A stretch of DNA of 64,000 nt, taken from the NCBI GenBank assembly GCA_965215265.1, contig OZ244048.1, positions 2,272,001 to 2,336,000 of the forward strand. The letters run 5' to 3'. Under the pieces are notes generated by a model. That model was not told where the DNA came from. It worked only from the letters and a program-made list of their open reading frames with translations, and searched no databases. How positions within the stretch are numbered: the stretch's first letter is position 1; every line of letters starts with the position of its first letter. The DNA comes from Candidatus Poribacteria bacterium. Its GTDB lineage: Bacteria > Poribacteria > WGA-4E > WGA-3G. A program made the position numbers and the translations under genes. Shown one piece after another: positions 49,024-58,955 of the stretch.

Positions 49024-50460
49024 ATGAGCAAAAATACCACCATAACACTCCCGTTAACAATTCGTACCGGACAGACGCATGTGAAAGATGATCTGGTACG
49101 AGAACAAACGGGGCAGCAACAAAATGCTGAAGCGGGTGGACGTAAGGTTTACATAGAAACCTATGGCTGTCAGATGAACGTCAGCGACAGCGAACTGATG
49201 GCGGGTATCCTAAACCAAAGTGGCCACCAGACGGTCTCAACCCTTGATGATGCAGATGTTGTTCTGGTGAATACTTGTGCAATCCGGGAGAACGCTGAAA
49301 CAAAGGTGATAAACCGGTTAAAGCAGTTAAGCCACCGGAAACGCCGGTACCCTGAATTTGTTATCGGTGTATGTGGTTGTATGGCGCAACACCTACGCGA
49401 ACGGCTCGTGGCAGCAGCCCCATACGTCGATCTGGTGATGGGTCCCGATGCGTATAGACATTTGCCTCTGGCATTGAACTCCGTGACAAAGCGCGACCCG
49501 TTTATCAGTCTACAGCTGGACAAAAGAGAGGCTTATAGCGATATCACGCCCATCCGAAAAGAGGGGATTCGTGCCTGGCTTACCATTCAGCGTGGCTGTG
49601 ATAAAATGTGCACTTTCTGCATCGTGCCGTTCGTGCGCGGCAGAGAACGGAGCCTGCCCCTCAAACGCATCGTGGAAGATGTAGAGAAACTCGTTGACCA
49701 AGGGTTTAAGGAAGTTGTGCTATTGGGTCAGACTGTGAATTCCTATCGCGATAGAGGTGCCGACTTTGGCGAGCTGCTCTACGTTGTAGGCAATGTGAAA
49801 GGTGTAGAACGGGTACGGTTCACCTCGCCGCATCCGGCAGATGCTACGGACAGTATGATTGACGCGATGGCGAGTTGTCCTACCGTCTGTAAACACCTGC
49901 ATCTGCCGTTGCAATCCGGTGCAACCACTGTCTTGGAACGGATGCGCCGTACCTACACAGCGGAGGAATATGGAACGCTTGTTGCGCGTTTGCGCGAACG
50001 CATCCCTAATATTGCCCTGACGACAGATATTATAGTCGGCTTCTCTGGTGAAACGGAAGAAGAATTTATGCAGACCTACGAACTCATGGCAGATATTCGC
50101 TACGATTCGGCGTTTATGTTCAAATACTCTGACCGGACGGGTACGCTTGCTCACAAAGCATTCCCAGACGATGTACCCGCAACTGAAAAAGGGAGACGTT
50201 TAACGGCGATAATTGAACTCCAAGAGCAGATCTCTGCTGAAATCAACCGTAGTGCTATCGGAAAATCGTACACCGTGCTTATTGAAGGTGCATCAAAACG
50301 AAACGTTGATAACTACCACGGGAAGACGGACGGCTTCAAAACAACTGTCTTTCCGAAAGAAGACAGCAAAATAGGCGAATTCGTTGATGTTTGCATTGAG
50401 AATGCGACGGCGCATACCTTACTCGGGCGAATCGTTTTTTCGTCTAGTGCAGCCCAATAA
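49024..50460 (+). CDS. miaB: tRNA methylthiotransferase MiaB
   Basis: TYGCQMN, NTCAIRE, GCDKMCTFCIVP, TRAM domain; last residues FSSSAAQ* come from a repeat arm. Confidence 0.96.
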   Translation: MSKNTTITLPLTIRTGQTHVKDDLVREQTGQQQNAEAGGRKVYIETYGCQMNVSDSELMAGILNQSGHQTVSTLDDADVVLVNTCAIRENAETKVINRLKQLSHRKRRYPEFVIGVCGCMAQHLRERLVAAAPYVDLVMGPDAYRHLPLALNSVTKRDPFISLQLDKREAYSDITPIRKEGIRAWLTIQRGCDKMCTFCIVPFVRGRERSLPLKRIVEDVEKLVDQGFKEVVLLGQTVNSYRDRGADFGELLYVVGNVKGVERVRFTSPHPADATDSMIDAMASCPTVCKHLHLPLQSGATTVLERMRRTYTAEEYGTLVARLRERIPNIALTTDIIVGFSGETEEEFMQTYELMADIRYDSAFMFKYSDRTGTLAHKAFPDDVPATEKGRRLTAIIELQEQISAEINRSAIGKSYTVLIEGASKRNVDNYHGKTDGFKTTVFPKEDSKIGEFVDVCIENATAHTLLGRIVFSSSAAQ

Positions 50461-51030
50461 AGGTTTATGCTATGTTAAAGCCCTTACAAATCTCGTCAGA
50501 GCCGTCTGATTTCTACGAATCATAACATCAGAACTTGACGACACCGCTAAAGAGTGCAGGCTCGGAAATAAGTCTGATTTCTACGAATCATAACATCAGA
50601 ACCCTCCGACGAGATTTACACACGAGTACCCACGACATAAGCGTTGATGGTACGGAAATATACAAAAACACAAATCTCGTCAGAGCCGTCTTAGGTTTAG
50701 AATCTAAACATCTTTTCGTCTAGTGCAGTCCAATAAAGGCTTTTTCGGCTACCGGGGCCCAACAATGATTAATGTTTTGATAACCTTAGCATAAATCTCG
50801 CTAGTGGCAGGATAGGTATCTTTCTCTGTCCATGAGAGAAGATTACCTTTTACTCGCCACCCATTGGGAAAACCGAACTTGCCAACCCATTGGGAAAACC
50901 GAACCCCGCCACCTGCCACCCACTGGGAGCCGTTTATGTTTAGATTTTAAAGACATTACCTAGAGCGTCTCCGACGAGATTTACATCGGAGCGTAAAAAC
51001 ATAACCTTTGATGGTACGGAGATATACGAA
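50435..51030. repeat. Composite cluster of palindromic-family arms and REP-like modules
   Basis: Arms at about 50435-50500(-), 50605-50667(+), 50712-50800(-), 50968-51030(+). Confidence 0.85.
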
Positions 51031-51034
51031 AGAT

Positions 51035-51814
51035 ATGCAAAAACTGAGCATCAAGAGTAGACATGAAATTGAGAAGATGCGGCAGAGCGGCAAAGCTGCT
51101 GCCAGTGTACTGCACCAAATTGCGAGAGCAATTCGACCGGGTGTTTCCACTGCAGAATTGGAGTCGGTAGCACAAGAAGCAACTGCTGAAGTCAATGCTG
51201 CCCCATCCTTTCTGGGTTATAAGATAGATGGGCATCCTCCGTATCCTGCCCGGATTTGTGTATCTGTTAACGACGTGGTCATCCACGGCATTCCGAGCAA
51301 AACTGAGAAACTCAGAGAGGGCGATATTATCGGAGTAGACACGGCAGTGAAACGGGGTGGATTCCACGGAGATAATGCCTTCACGTTTCCTGTCGGGGAA
51401 ATTTCTGCGGAGGTACAGAGGTTACTTGATGTCACGAAAAAGTCGCTTTACGCTGCAATTGCGGAAGCCAAGCCGGGGAATCGCATCGGTGATATCGCCT
51501 TCCAATTGCAATCTGTCGCGGAGGATGCAGGGTATTCCGTGATTCAAGCGTTTGCTGGCCACGGCATTGGGCGGCACATGCACGAAAAACCCGAAGTACC
51601 TTGCTTCGGTATACCCGGGATAGGTGAACGTTTGAGAGCGGGCATGGTGCTTGCCGTTGAAGCGATGGTGAATGCCGGCACTTCCGATGTGCAAATAGGG
51701 CAAGATGGGTGGACAATCGTTACTGCAGATGGTAGTCTCTCCGCCTTCTATGAGCATACGGTCGCCGTACTTTCGGACGGTCCCGAAATTCTAACTGGCA
51801 GCCCGATTTGGTGA
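51035..51814 (+). CDS. map: Methionine aminopeptidase type I
   Basis: CVSVNDVVIHGIP, GDII..D, GHGIG..HE.P, EAMVN, EHTV. Confidence 0.96.
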   Translation: MQKLSIKSRHEIEKMRQSGKAAASVLHQIARAIRPGVSTAELESVAQEATAEVNAAPSFLGYKIDGHPPYPARICVSVNDVVIHGIPSKTEKLREGDIIGVDTAVKRGGFHGDNAFTFPVGEISAEVQRLLDVTKKSLYAAIAEAKPGNRIGDIAFQLQSVAEDAGYSVIQAFAGHGIGRHMHEKPEVPCFGIPGIGERLRAGMVLAVEAMVNAGTSDVQIGQDGWTIVTADGSLSAFYEHTVAVLSDGPEILTGSPIW

Positions 51815-51817
51815 TCT

Positions 51818-52245
51818 TTTGTCTTTTTGTCTACTGCAGCCCAACAAAGGCTTTTTTCGTCTACCGGAGCCCAACAATGATTAATGTTTTGATTTTTCGT
51901 CCAGTTCAGCACGTCAACCTGCGATGTTTTGATAACCTTAGCACAAAACTCGCCAGTGGCAGGATAGGTATGGCAGGATAGGTATTCTTTATCTCTCCTT
52001 TCAGGAGAGATAAGATTCCCTTTTACCTGCCACCCACTGGGACAAGAAAACCGAACCCCGCCACCTGCCATCTATAGACCTGCTTAGGTATCGTCTTTAA
52101 AGTCAAAACCTAAGGAATCTCAGACGAGATTTACACGGTAATAAACATAACATCAGGCGTTATCGGGCTTAAATATACAAAAAAACGAGATTTTCACACG
52201 AGCCATCAATACCTAAGCGTTGATGGTCCGGAGATATATAAAAGA
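51818..52245. repeat. Composite repeat cluster with tandem arms
   Basis: Two tandem arms at 52120-52245 with ~61-bp period; ends immediately before the ccmC ATG. Confidence 0.85.
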
Positions 52246-52914
52246 ATGAAAATTATAGCGATTCTGACAACCCTTCTCCTCTTCATCTCACTCTATCTCA
52301 TCTTCGCGTATGCGCCGGTCGAACGGACGATGCTGGAAGTACAGAAGATTTTCTACTTCCACGTATCCGCGGCCCTCACCGTTTTCCTTGCGTTTGGCGT
52401 GAATTTTGTGCTGAGCATCAAGTACCTCATTAAACGTAAAATAACCGATGATCTGTTAGCCAGCGCGGCGGCTGAACTCGGCTTGTTATTCTGCACAATT
52501 GCGTTACTCTCAGGTCCGATTTGGGCCCGGTATGCCTGGAACACTTGGTGGAATTGGGAACCGAGGCTGACCAGCACGCTCATTCTCTGGCTGATGTACG
52601 TCGGATATTTTATCCTACGAACCGGCTTATCGGGAGACAAACGGAGGCTATATTCTGCTGTGCTCGGTGTGATTGCCTACCTTGACGTGCCTATCGTCTA
52701 TTATGCTGTCGATATATGGCACGGTGGATTACATCCAGACCGCGGCACAAAATGGAACCTGGAACAGGCGATGCAATGGACGTGGATGATGTCTCTCGCG
52801 GCGTTCATCATGCTCTTCTGCTTCTTGCTTATTCTACGGTATCAGAGTAAAAAGAATGAAGCACGTTATGATATTCTTAGACAACATTACTTAGAGGGGG
52901 AGGGAGCGGTCTGA
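52246..52914 (+). CDS. ccmC: Cytochrome c biogenesis heme exporter CcmC
   Basis: IFYFHV, GPIWARYAWNTWWNWEPRLT, LHP. Confidence 0.92.
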   Translation: MKIIAILTTLLLFISLYLIFAYAPVERTMLEVQKIFYFHVSAALTVFLAFGVNFVLSIKYLIKRKITDDLLASAAAELGLLFCTIALLSGPIWARYAWNTWWNWEPRLTSTLILWLMYVGYFILRTGLSGDKRRLYSAVLGVIAYLDVPIVYYAVDIWHGGLHPDRGTKWNLEQAMQWTWMMSLAAFIMLFCFLLILRYQSKKNEARYDILRQHYLEGEGAV

Positions 52915-52924
52915 ACGGTGCATC

Positions 52925-53050
52925 GCTTTTTCGTATACTGCAGCACCTAGAAACCCTCCGACGAGATTTGTACAAGGCTTATCAAAACATCGCAGGTTGA
53001 CGTGCTGAAATATACAAAAAGTTAACGTGCTGAAATATACAAAAATAGGT
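52925..53050. repeat. Repeat arm(s) between ccmC and the ccmD-like gene
   Basis: CTCCGACGAGATTT-N41-TATACAAAAA at 52957-53020, then a duplicated GTGCTGAAATATACAAAAA. Confidence 0.8.
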
Positions 53051-53059
53051 ATTTTATCT

Positions 53060-53413
53060 ATGCGAATTCTCATCTTAGCTAGTTTTTTGATTAGTTTTAG
53101 TCTCTTCTTAACAACCCAAATTCCGGTAACCTTAACAGCAGATGAAATCTCACAGTCCGTGTCCGATGCAATTGCAGAAACACAAGTTAATGTGGATGAA
53201 GATGAAGTGGAACGGGCAGTGCAACTGTCGGTTACCAAACTGGAACAAGCACAACGCAAGCGCTTGAAATACCTTGCCGGTGCCTACTTCGTGATATGGT
53301 TGGTATTTATGCTCTATGTGTTGAAGTTGGCACAGCAGCATAACACCTTGGACAAACGTTTGGCGCAATTAGAACAAGGGTTAGCGTGGGACGAAAAAGC
53401 AGACACGCTATAG
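53060..53413 (+). CDS. ccmD: CcmD-family protein with N-terminal extension
   Basis: YLAGAYFVIWLVFMLYV TM followed by coiled coil; downstream of ccmC. Confidence 0.65.
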   Translation: MRILILASFLISFSLFLTTQIPVTLTADEISQSVSDAIAETQVNVDEDEVERAVQLSVTKLEQAQRKRLKYLAGAYFVIWLVFMLYVLKLAQQHNTLDKRLAQLEQGLAWDEKADTL

Positions 53414-53456
53414 GGTGTCGATCTTCCGTAAAGTACAAGCGGTGATGCGATTGCAT

Positions 53457-53927
53457 ATGAAAACCTCTCGGTTCAGAACGCAACAGACAATTCAGAAACC
53501 GATTGAAACTGTGTTTGCGTTCTTCTCTGATGCACATAATCTATCCGTACTGACACCTCCGTGGCTGCGGTTCGAAGTACTCACGCCGGCCCCGATAGAG
53601 ATGAAAGTTGGTACTCGGATTAATTATAGACTGAAACTACACGGTATCCGGATACGCTGGCAGAGCGAGATAACGGTATGGGAGCCCCCGGGTGTTTTCG
53701 CTGATGAACAACGTCGCGGTCCCTATCGTCTCTGGCGGCATACGCACACTTTTGCCGAAACATCAGACGGGACCGTCGTAGCGGATGATGTCGAATATGC
53801 CGTGTGGGGACATTCCTTTGTTAATGCGTTGTTCGTGCAGCGGGATATAGAGAAAATCTTCGAGTACCGCACGAAGCAGCTAGAGCGAATCTTCCAAGAA
53901 CCGCGTAACCCTGCAAACGTCATCTAA
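53457..53927 (+). CDS. SRPBCC-family protein
   Basis: VFAFFSDAHNL..LTPPW, WQSEIT, DEQRRGPY..WRHTH, IFEYR. Confidence 0.88.
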   Translation: MKTSRFRTQQTIQKPIETVFAFFSDAHNLSVLTPPWLRFEVLTPAPIEMKVGTRINYRLKLHGIRIRWQSEITVWEPPGVFADEQRRGPYRLWRHTHTFAETSDGTVVADDVEYAVWGHSFVNALFVQRDIEKIFEYRTKQLERIFQEPRNPANVI

Positions 53928-54606
53928 TGTGCTGCAGTAGACGAAAAAACGGCATTTCCCGATAAAAACGTAATCGTTCATAGTAGTATATGACGCGTTC
54001 GACGTAGGCAATCGTCTCATGGAAGCCGTCGAAATAGCCGTGCGGTGGTTTAGCTTGCGCTTTCCACACGTTTTGATGGAGCAGGACATCTTTCTTAGTC
54101 AATCGCGGTAGCGTAGCTCTGACAATAGCCCATGTGTGCGGATCTGCACCTTGGTGGCGGACAAGCGTTTGTGCGTCGCGAAGATGCCCAATCCCGCCGT
54201 TGTAGCTGGCTAAGGCAAGTTTGAGTCTATCTTCGTGTGGGCTGTTCGGAAAAGCATCATACAACGTCCGTAGATATCGGGTTGCACCTTCAACATTCTG
54301 TTCGGCATCAAATGGGTTGCGGACACCGAGTTCTTCGGCCGTCGTTGGCATGAGCTGGGTTAACCCTTGCGCCCCAATTGAACTGATAGCGTGTTCGTTA
54401 AAGCCGGATTCTTGAATGATAAGTGCACAGAGCAGCCGCCAATCTAATTGCTGCCTCGTGGCATATTTCTGGAGAAGTGGACGGTAGTGGAGAATTTTGG
54501 GCATCAGTGCAAGCAACCGAATATCTTGTGGACTCTCAATCAATAGATAGGACAGCACAATTAATATGAGGGTTGCGAGAATCAAAATTAGTGTGCGTTT
54601 GTGCAT
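53920..54606 (-). CDS. Lytic transglycosylase (SLT/MltF-like)
   Basis: QESGF, GAQGLTQLMPTTA, ALASYNGG, ETIAYV. Confidence 0.9.
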   Translation of the reverse strand: MHKRTLILILATLILIVLSYLLIESPQDIRLLALMPKILHYRPLLQKYATRQQLDWRLLCALIIQESGFNEHAISSIGAQGLTQLMPTTAEELGVRNPFDAEQNVEGATRYLRTLYDAFPNSPHEDRLKLALASYNGGIGHLRDAQTLVRHQGADPHTWAIVRATLPRLTKKDVLLHQNVWKAQAKPPHGYFDGFHETIAYVERVIYYYERLRFYREMPFFRLLQHIR

Positions 54607-54633
54607 TTTGTGTTTTTGTCTATTTCCGTACCA

Positions 54634-56301
54634 TCAACGCTTATGTCGTGGGTACTCGTGTGTAAATCTCATTTTTTTATACAAAAAGCTGATGTAAAGT
54701 GCGAGATGGTACTCGGTGTGTGTTTTGTCTAGGTGATGTCCCCGGTTTCGGATAGTCTGCCATGCATAGCGGAGGCTGGCATTCCACGATGCCAAGGGAC
54801 GATAAGAGATGGTCCCGCCGATTCGGGTGATATATTCGACAACGCCAGTGGGGAATGGGAGAGCTTTGAAGTCTTCGCCATAAAACCGGTCTGCTACGGT
54901 GGCTTCGCCGTTTCGGGTTAGGTTGGCTGTGAGGGCGGTCTTAGTATCTGGTGTCCATTGGTAAGAGAGAGAGAGGTTGAAAGTGTCGGCATCTGTTCCG
55001 ATGGGATGTCCGATGATGTGTCCGAAGTGCGTGAATTGATTTTCCGGGACAAGGTGTGTATAAGCCCATCGATTGACGCGGGCGTATTCTGTGTGAATGC
55101 CGAGTTGTCGTCGGAGTTTGTCGGGGTACCACGTCACGCCACAGAGCCATGCGACAGCGTGCGGGTCGTTTGCCCCGGGTACGTATTGTAAATCGTCAAT
55201 GAGCCACTCGGCATAGAGGCGCAAGCCGTCAACGGGACGGACAGCGACATCCAAAGCGAACATGACATTATCGTCGGCCTTGGCATTATATTGCAACGCA
55301 TAGTAAAAGGTGACGGGATTTGCATATTTGAAATCGAGTGTTTGTGCATCGCCGCCGTAGAGTACCCATTCACTGAGCCCGATGTTAAGCCGGTCGAAGT
55401 GTTGGTACTCAAGCCGATGTGCACTCAGATAGCGTTTGGCGAGGTAACGGGTATTACCGTCATCGTACCAGGTAGCATCGAGTTGTGTAGTGAAGGCGGT
55501 GGCTTTGAACCTGCCGAATGTGCCGGTGAGACGTAGCATGTCAAACGGTGGGGAATTATCGGAAATTCCGACGGAATATTGTGGTGTCGCGCCCCAAAAA
55601 ATTGCATCTCTGCCTACCAATAGTCTGAGTCGCTCATTGTATGTAGCCAGCTGCAAATAGCCGCTTTTGACGTTTCCGGTATATCCGCCCCGCCAGGGTT
55701 CCAAACGTTGTTCGGCGGTTTTGCCTTTAGCAAGCGTGGTAACATCTTGCCGGTGAAAATCTTCAAAATTTTGGAATTCACACTCGGTGTAAATTGTTAG
55801 GTTTCGGTATTGAAAGTGAAAAGCGCCCTCAAGTGCTGGGGCGATTTTTTCTTGCGTGGCACGTAGTTGAGGGAGCACGGCGAGTTCGACGTTTTCACTG
55901 CCAAACATCGGAACCCTCCGACGAGATGTACACAGTGATTCACAATGTGTCAGGGGGTGTAGGGCTCCAGTATCCGAAAATCGGTGTGCGAGTTCTGTGT
56001 GAAACTCGCGTTTTAACTTTTCAAGGAGCTTCCTATCGATCTCGGAAAGTGAGCCGGTGTGTGCACGACTCCGTTTCTCAGCATGTTGGATGATGCGTAC
56101 AATCTCTGTGCGTGAGTATGGGGCGGTGTGTCGATGGAACCCTCCTGTGATGCCATCAGTTTCCAATTTTGCGAGTGCTTCACCGACCCAACCATCAAAG
56201 TTAAGCGGTGGATGGGGGGCAGCGTGCAGAGCGGTGAGATAGCAGAGGAGGATCACGGTGGCTGTGCCAAAGATATCTAGCGCTTGTCGTTTTTTTTGCA
56301 C
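54634..56301 (-). CDS. Capsule assembly Wzi-family outer-membrane protein
   Basis: PYSR, VGRD..WG, ISDNSPPFD, SAHRLE, YAEWLIDD, GHPIG; GTG start with GGAGG SD; C-terminus RFTHEYPRHKR* is repeat-derived. Confidence 0.8.
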   Translation of the reverse strand: MQKKRQALDIFGTATVILLCYLTALHAAPHPPLNFDGWVGEALAKLETDGITGGFHRHTAPYSRTEIVRIIQHAEKRSRAHTGSLSEIDRKLLEKLKREFHTELAHRFSDTGALHPLTHCESLCTSRRRVPMFGSENVELAVLPQLRATQEKIAPALEGAFHFQYRNLTIYTECEFQNFEDFHRQDVTTLAKGKTAEQRLEPWRGGYTGNVKSGYLQLATYNERLRLLVGRDAIFWGATPQYSVGISDNSPPFDMLRLTGTFGRFKATAFTTQLDATWYDDGNTRYLAKRYLSAHRLEYQHFDRLNIGLSEWVLYGGDAQTLDFKYANPVTFYYALQYNAKADDNVMFALDVAVRPVDGLRLYAEWLIDDLQYVPGANDPHAVAWLCGVTWYPDKLRRQLGIHTEYARVNRWAYTHLVPENQFTHFGHIIGHPIGTDADTFNLSLSYQWTPDTKTALTANLTRNGEATVADRFYGEDFKALPFPTGVVEYITRIGGTISYRPLASWNASLRYAWQTIRNRGHHLDKTHTEYHLALYISFLYKKMRFTHEYPRHKR

Positions 56302-58391
56302 GTGTGTGCCTCCAATTTTTTGACGGTTTGATCTATTTTTCGGAATTGCCATGTCCAGCGTGTGTTGTAAAGGAATTGCCGCAAATCGAAGCGGTTATCG
56401 TCGGGGGAATAGGCTTCTGCATGATAAGCCGGGGTTAGTGTTGTCATTTTGTGTCGATTCATCGCATAATATTTGAAGAAGTGTTTGACCTTTGCGGCAA
56501 CTTCCTGGGGTGGGAGGTGGTGCCACTCGTCTCTTAATTTTTCAAACATGCTGACGGGACCGCATCGCTGCATTTTTCGGAGTTGTCCGAACCGGCTGAG
56601 TTCAGCATAAGTCATGCCCATATCTTCTTCATCGTTTTGTGTGTATGTTTGAGTTATCGGTTCAAGTTCTGCAGTTGGGGTGGCTTTAACAATGTCGGAT
56701 AGAGCGGTATAACCAAAGCGTTGCTGTGCCCAACTGAGAAATCGGCGCAGGTCTCGCTTACTAATACCGCCAATGGGGTTGATATCGCCACTGCTACAAT
56801 CGTACTTTGTGAGGTAACCGCGGAGAGCCTCATCGACGTTGCCGGTGCCCAGGACGAGGAGCGTGCCTGGGCGTTTTCGTATCCAGGGCATCATTTGCGC
56901 GAGTAGATAACTGATGACCATTCGTAAGCGCGCTTGTATGTTTTGAAGTGCAAGGTTCTCGGTGAAAGAGCCTCCCTCCACTTTGAAACGCGGTTTTTTG
57001 TTTGTAATGTGCGTGAAGAGTGCCTCTAATGCGCTTACGAGGGGGTCCATGTTGATGTCCAAGTGCTTCGCGCCGAGCTGTTCAGCGAGCTGTTTTGCAC
57101 GTTTCTGTGTCTCGCGCGAACTATTTTGTGTGCCGATGTAACAAGTATAGAGCAGACGCTGGGCAAGGACGCTCGGGTTTTCGAATATCACAAAAGTCTC
57201 GTCGCCAACAAGCCATCTTTTGACATCATCTCTGGTAGTGGTATTTCCGTCCCGAATGGCTTGTGAGACGAGATGGCACATAGAACCGACAAGTGTTGCG
57301 ACAGCACCGCTGTCAGCTCCCCCAGAGAGCGGTATAAAATATCCTTCGGCACCGGAACGGCGGAGGTAATCCCAGAGCCAGCAAGCAGGACCGAGGGCGA
57401 TCTCTTCCTCAGGGGTATGGGCGGTCGGTTGCTGATGCGGTGTTGTTGAAAGCGTGCTGACTTCGTGTGATGCAAATTCAAAGTCGGCGATGTTAATTTG
57501 TGGGAGTGGTGCTGTTTGGCTTGCTTGTAGGGTGCGACTCGCTTTCGCTGCACGGTAGGAACGGACATCGTTAAGGTTGACGGTAGCGGTGATAACTTCC
57601 ACCTCGTTGAGTGAGAATTGTGATGCTTGCGCGAGGAGTTCACCGTTTTGTGCGATTAACGCGGAGCCATCAAAATAGAGCCGTCCGCCATCACATCCTT
57701 GTTGATTGGCGTATAGATACACACCGCCATTTTTTGCAGTTGCGTTCCGGATGAGGGCGATGCGGGTATCGAGTTTACGCAGCTCATGATGTGAGCCGGA
57801 GCCGTTACCGATAATTTCGACACCGGCGTTCCCTAAGTGAGTATGCGGACTTATGGGTGCAAACAATTCCTCGCAGGATTCTGATGCCAAAAGCGTGTCG
57901 CTGAGGGCAATAGTGGCGAGTCCGATAGGCACTGTGTGTTGCCCGGTGAGGCGTGCGATGTCGTCCGGAAGAGTGAACGGTTGGGTGGTCCATCCGTGTT
58001 GCCACGCAGCAAACCAGCGCGGTTCGCGGTAATTTCCGTCTCCGGCAAGCACGAGTTTCGGACGGATGAGCCGAAGTTTGCCGTTTAGGACGAAGACGCG
58101 ACAGTTGTATCGGACATTTTTGTGTAGGATGGGCATCCCGATGTCACAGAGGATGTCTGCAGTGTATCCGCCTTTGAGGATTTCGGCGAGTGCCTCCCAG
58201 CTGTGGATGAGTGTATCATGTTCGAGAAAATGGTCCTCGCAGGAGTAGCCTGTGATTTCAAGTTCAGGTCCCAACCGATATCGCGCACCGCGCGCTTTCG
58301 CGATTTTTATGGAGTCAATGATACGTGCTGTGTTGCCTTCAAAGTCGAGACTCCATTGATTGAGATTACAGGTTGCAAGTGTCACTTTCAT
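56277..58391 (-). CDS. nadE: Glutamine-dependent NAD+ synthetase, eukaryote-type (Qns1/NADSYN1-like)
   Basis: TLATCNLNQWSLDFEGN, GPELEITGY, SGGADS, YLTKYDCSSGDINPIG, HKMTTLTPAYHAEAYSPDDNRFDLR. Confidence 0.93.
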   Translation of the reverse strand: MKVTLATCNLNQWSLDFEGNTARIIDSIKIAKARGARYRLGPELEITGYSCEDHFLEHDTLIHSWEALAEILKGGYTADILCDIGMPILHKNVRYNCRVFVLNGKLRLIRPKLVLAGDGNYREPRWFAAWQHGWTTQPFTLPDDIARLTGQHTVPIGLATIALSDTLLASESCEELFAPISPHTHLGNAGVEIIGNGSGSHHELRKLDTRIALIRNATAKNGGVYLYANQQGCDGGRLYFDGSALIAQNGELLAQASQFSLNEVEVITATVNLNDVRSYRAAKASRTLQASQTAPLPQINIADFEFASHEVSTLSTTPHQQPTAHTPEEEIALGPACWLWDYLRRSGAEGYFIPLSGGADSGAVATLVGSMCHLVSQAIRDGNTTTRDDVKRWLVGDETFVIFENPSVLAQRLLYTCYIGTQNSSRETQKRAKQLAEQLGAKHLDINMDPLVSALEALFTHITNKKPRFKVEGGSFTENLALQNIQARLRMVISYLLAQMMPWIRKRPGTLLVLGTGNVDEALRGYLTKYDCSSGDINPIGGISKRDLRRFLSWAQQRFGYTALSDIVKATPTAELEPITQTYTQNDEEDMGMTYAELSRFGQLRKMQRCGPVSMFEKLRDEWHHLPPQEVAAKVKHFFKYYAMNRHKMTTLTPAYHAEAYSPDDNRFDLRQFLYNTRWTWQFRKIDQTVKKLEAHTCKKNDKR

Positions 58392-58955
58392 TTTTTTTGT
58401 ATCTCTCCGTTAAGAATTGTCCCTGCCAGCGGGGCGAATTCTTCCATCAACGCTTAGGTATTGATGACTCGTGTGTAGATATTGTTTTTCGTATCTCTCC
58501 GTACCGTCAACGCTTAGGTATTGATGGCTCGTGTGTAGATATTGTCGGAGGTGCCTTAGGTTTAGTCTTTTAAATCAGAACATATTTGTATATTTCAGCC
58601 CGATACCGCTCTATGTTATGATTTTTCGTATCTCTCCGTACCATCAACGCTTAGGTATTGATGGCTCGTGTGTAGATCTCGTTTTTTTGTATCTCTCCGT
58701 ACCATCAAGGATTATGTATTGTTAATGCCTATGTACATCTCGTCTGAGATTCCTTAGGTTTTGACTTTAAAGACGATACCTAGAGCGGCTCAGGCGAGAT
58801 TTATAAGGGTTTTAACATTGCATCCGCCTTGATTGCGCTCTTGTAGACAAAAAAACGAGATTTGTGCTTAGGTTATCAAAACATAGATTGTTGACGTACT
58901 GAACTGGACGAAAAATCAAAATATAGACCTTTGTTGTGGTGCATTGGACGAAAAT
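58392..58955. repeat. Largest cluster of the palindromic family, including a complete element (58682-58855)
   Basis: Left arm 58682-58748, centre ATTCCTTAGGTTTTGACTTTAAAGACGATACCTAGAGCGG, right arm 58789-58855; further arms on both sides. Confidence 0.9.

Noticed and set aside
52120-52245. Tandem 61-bp units as a CRISPR array
   Set aside because: The 41-nt cores share fixed positions, recur in several copies and occur in inverted pairs, unlike unique spacers.
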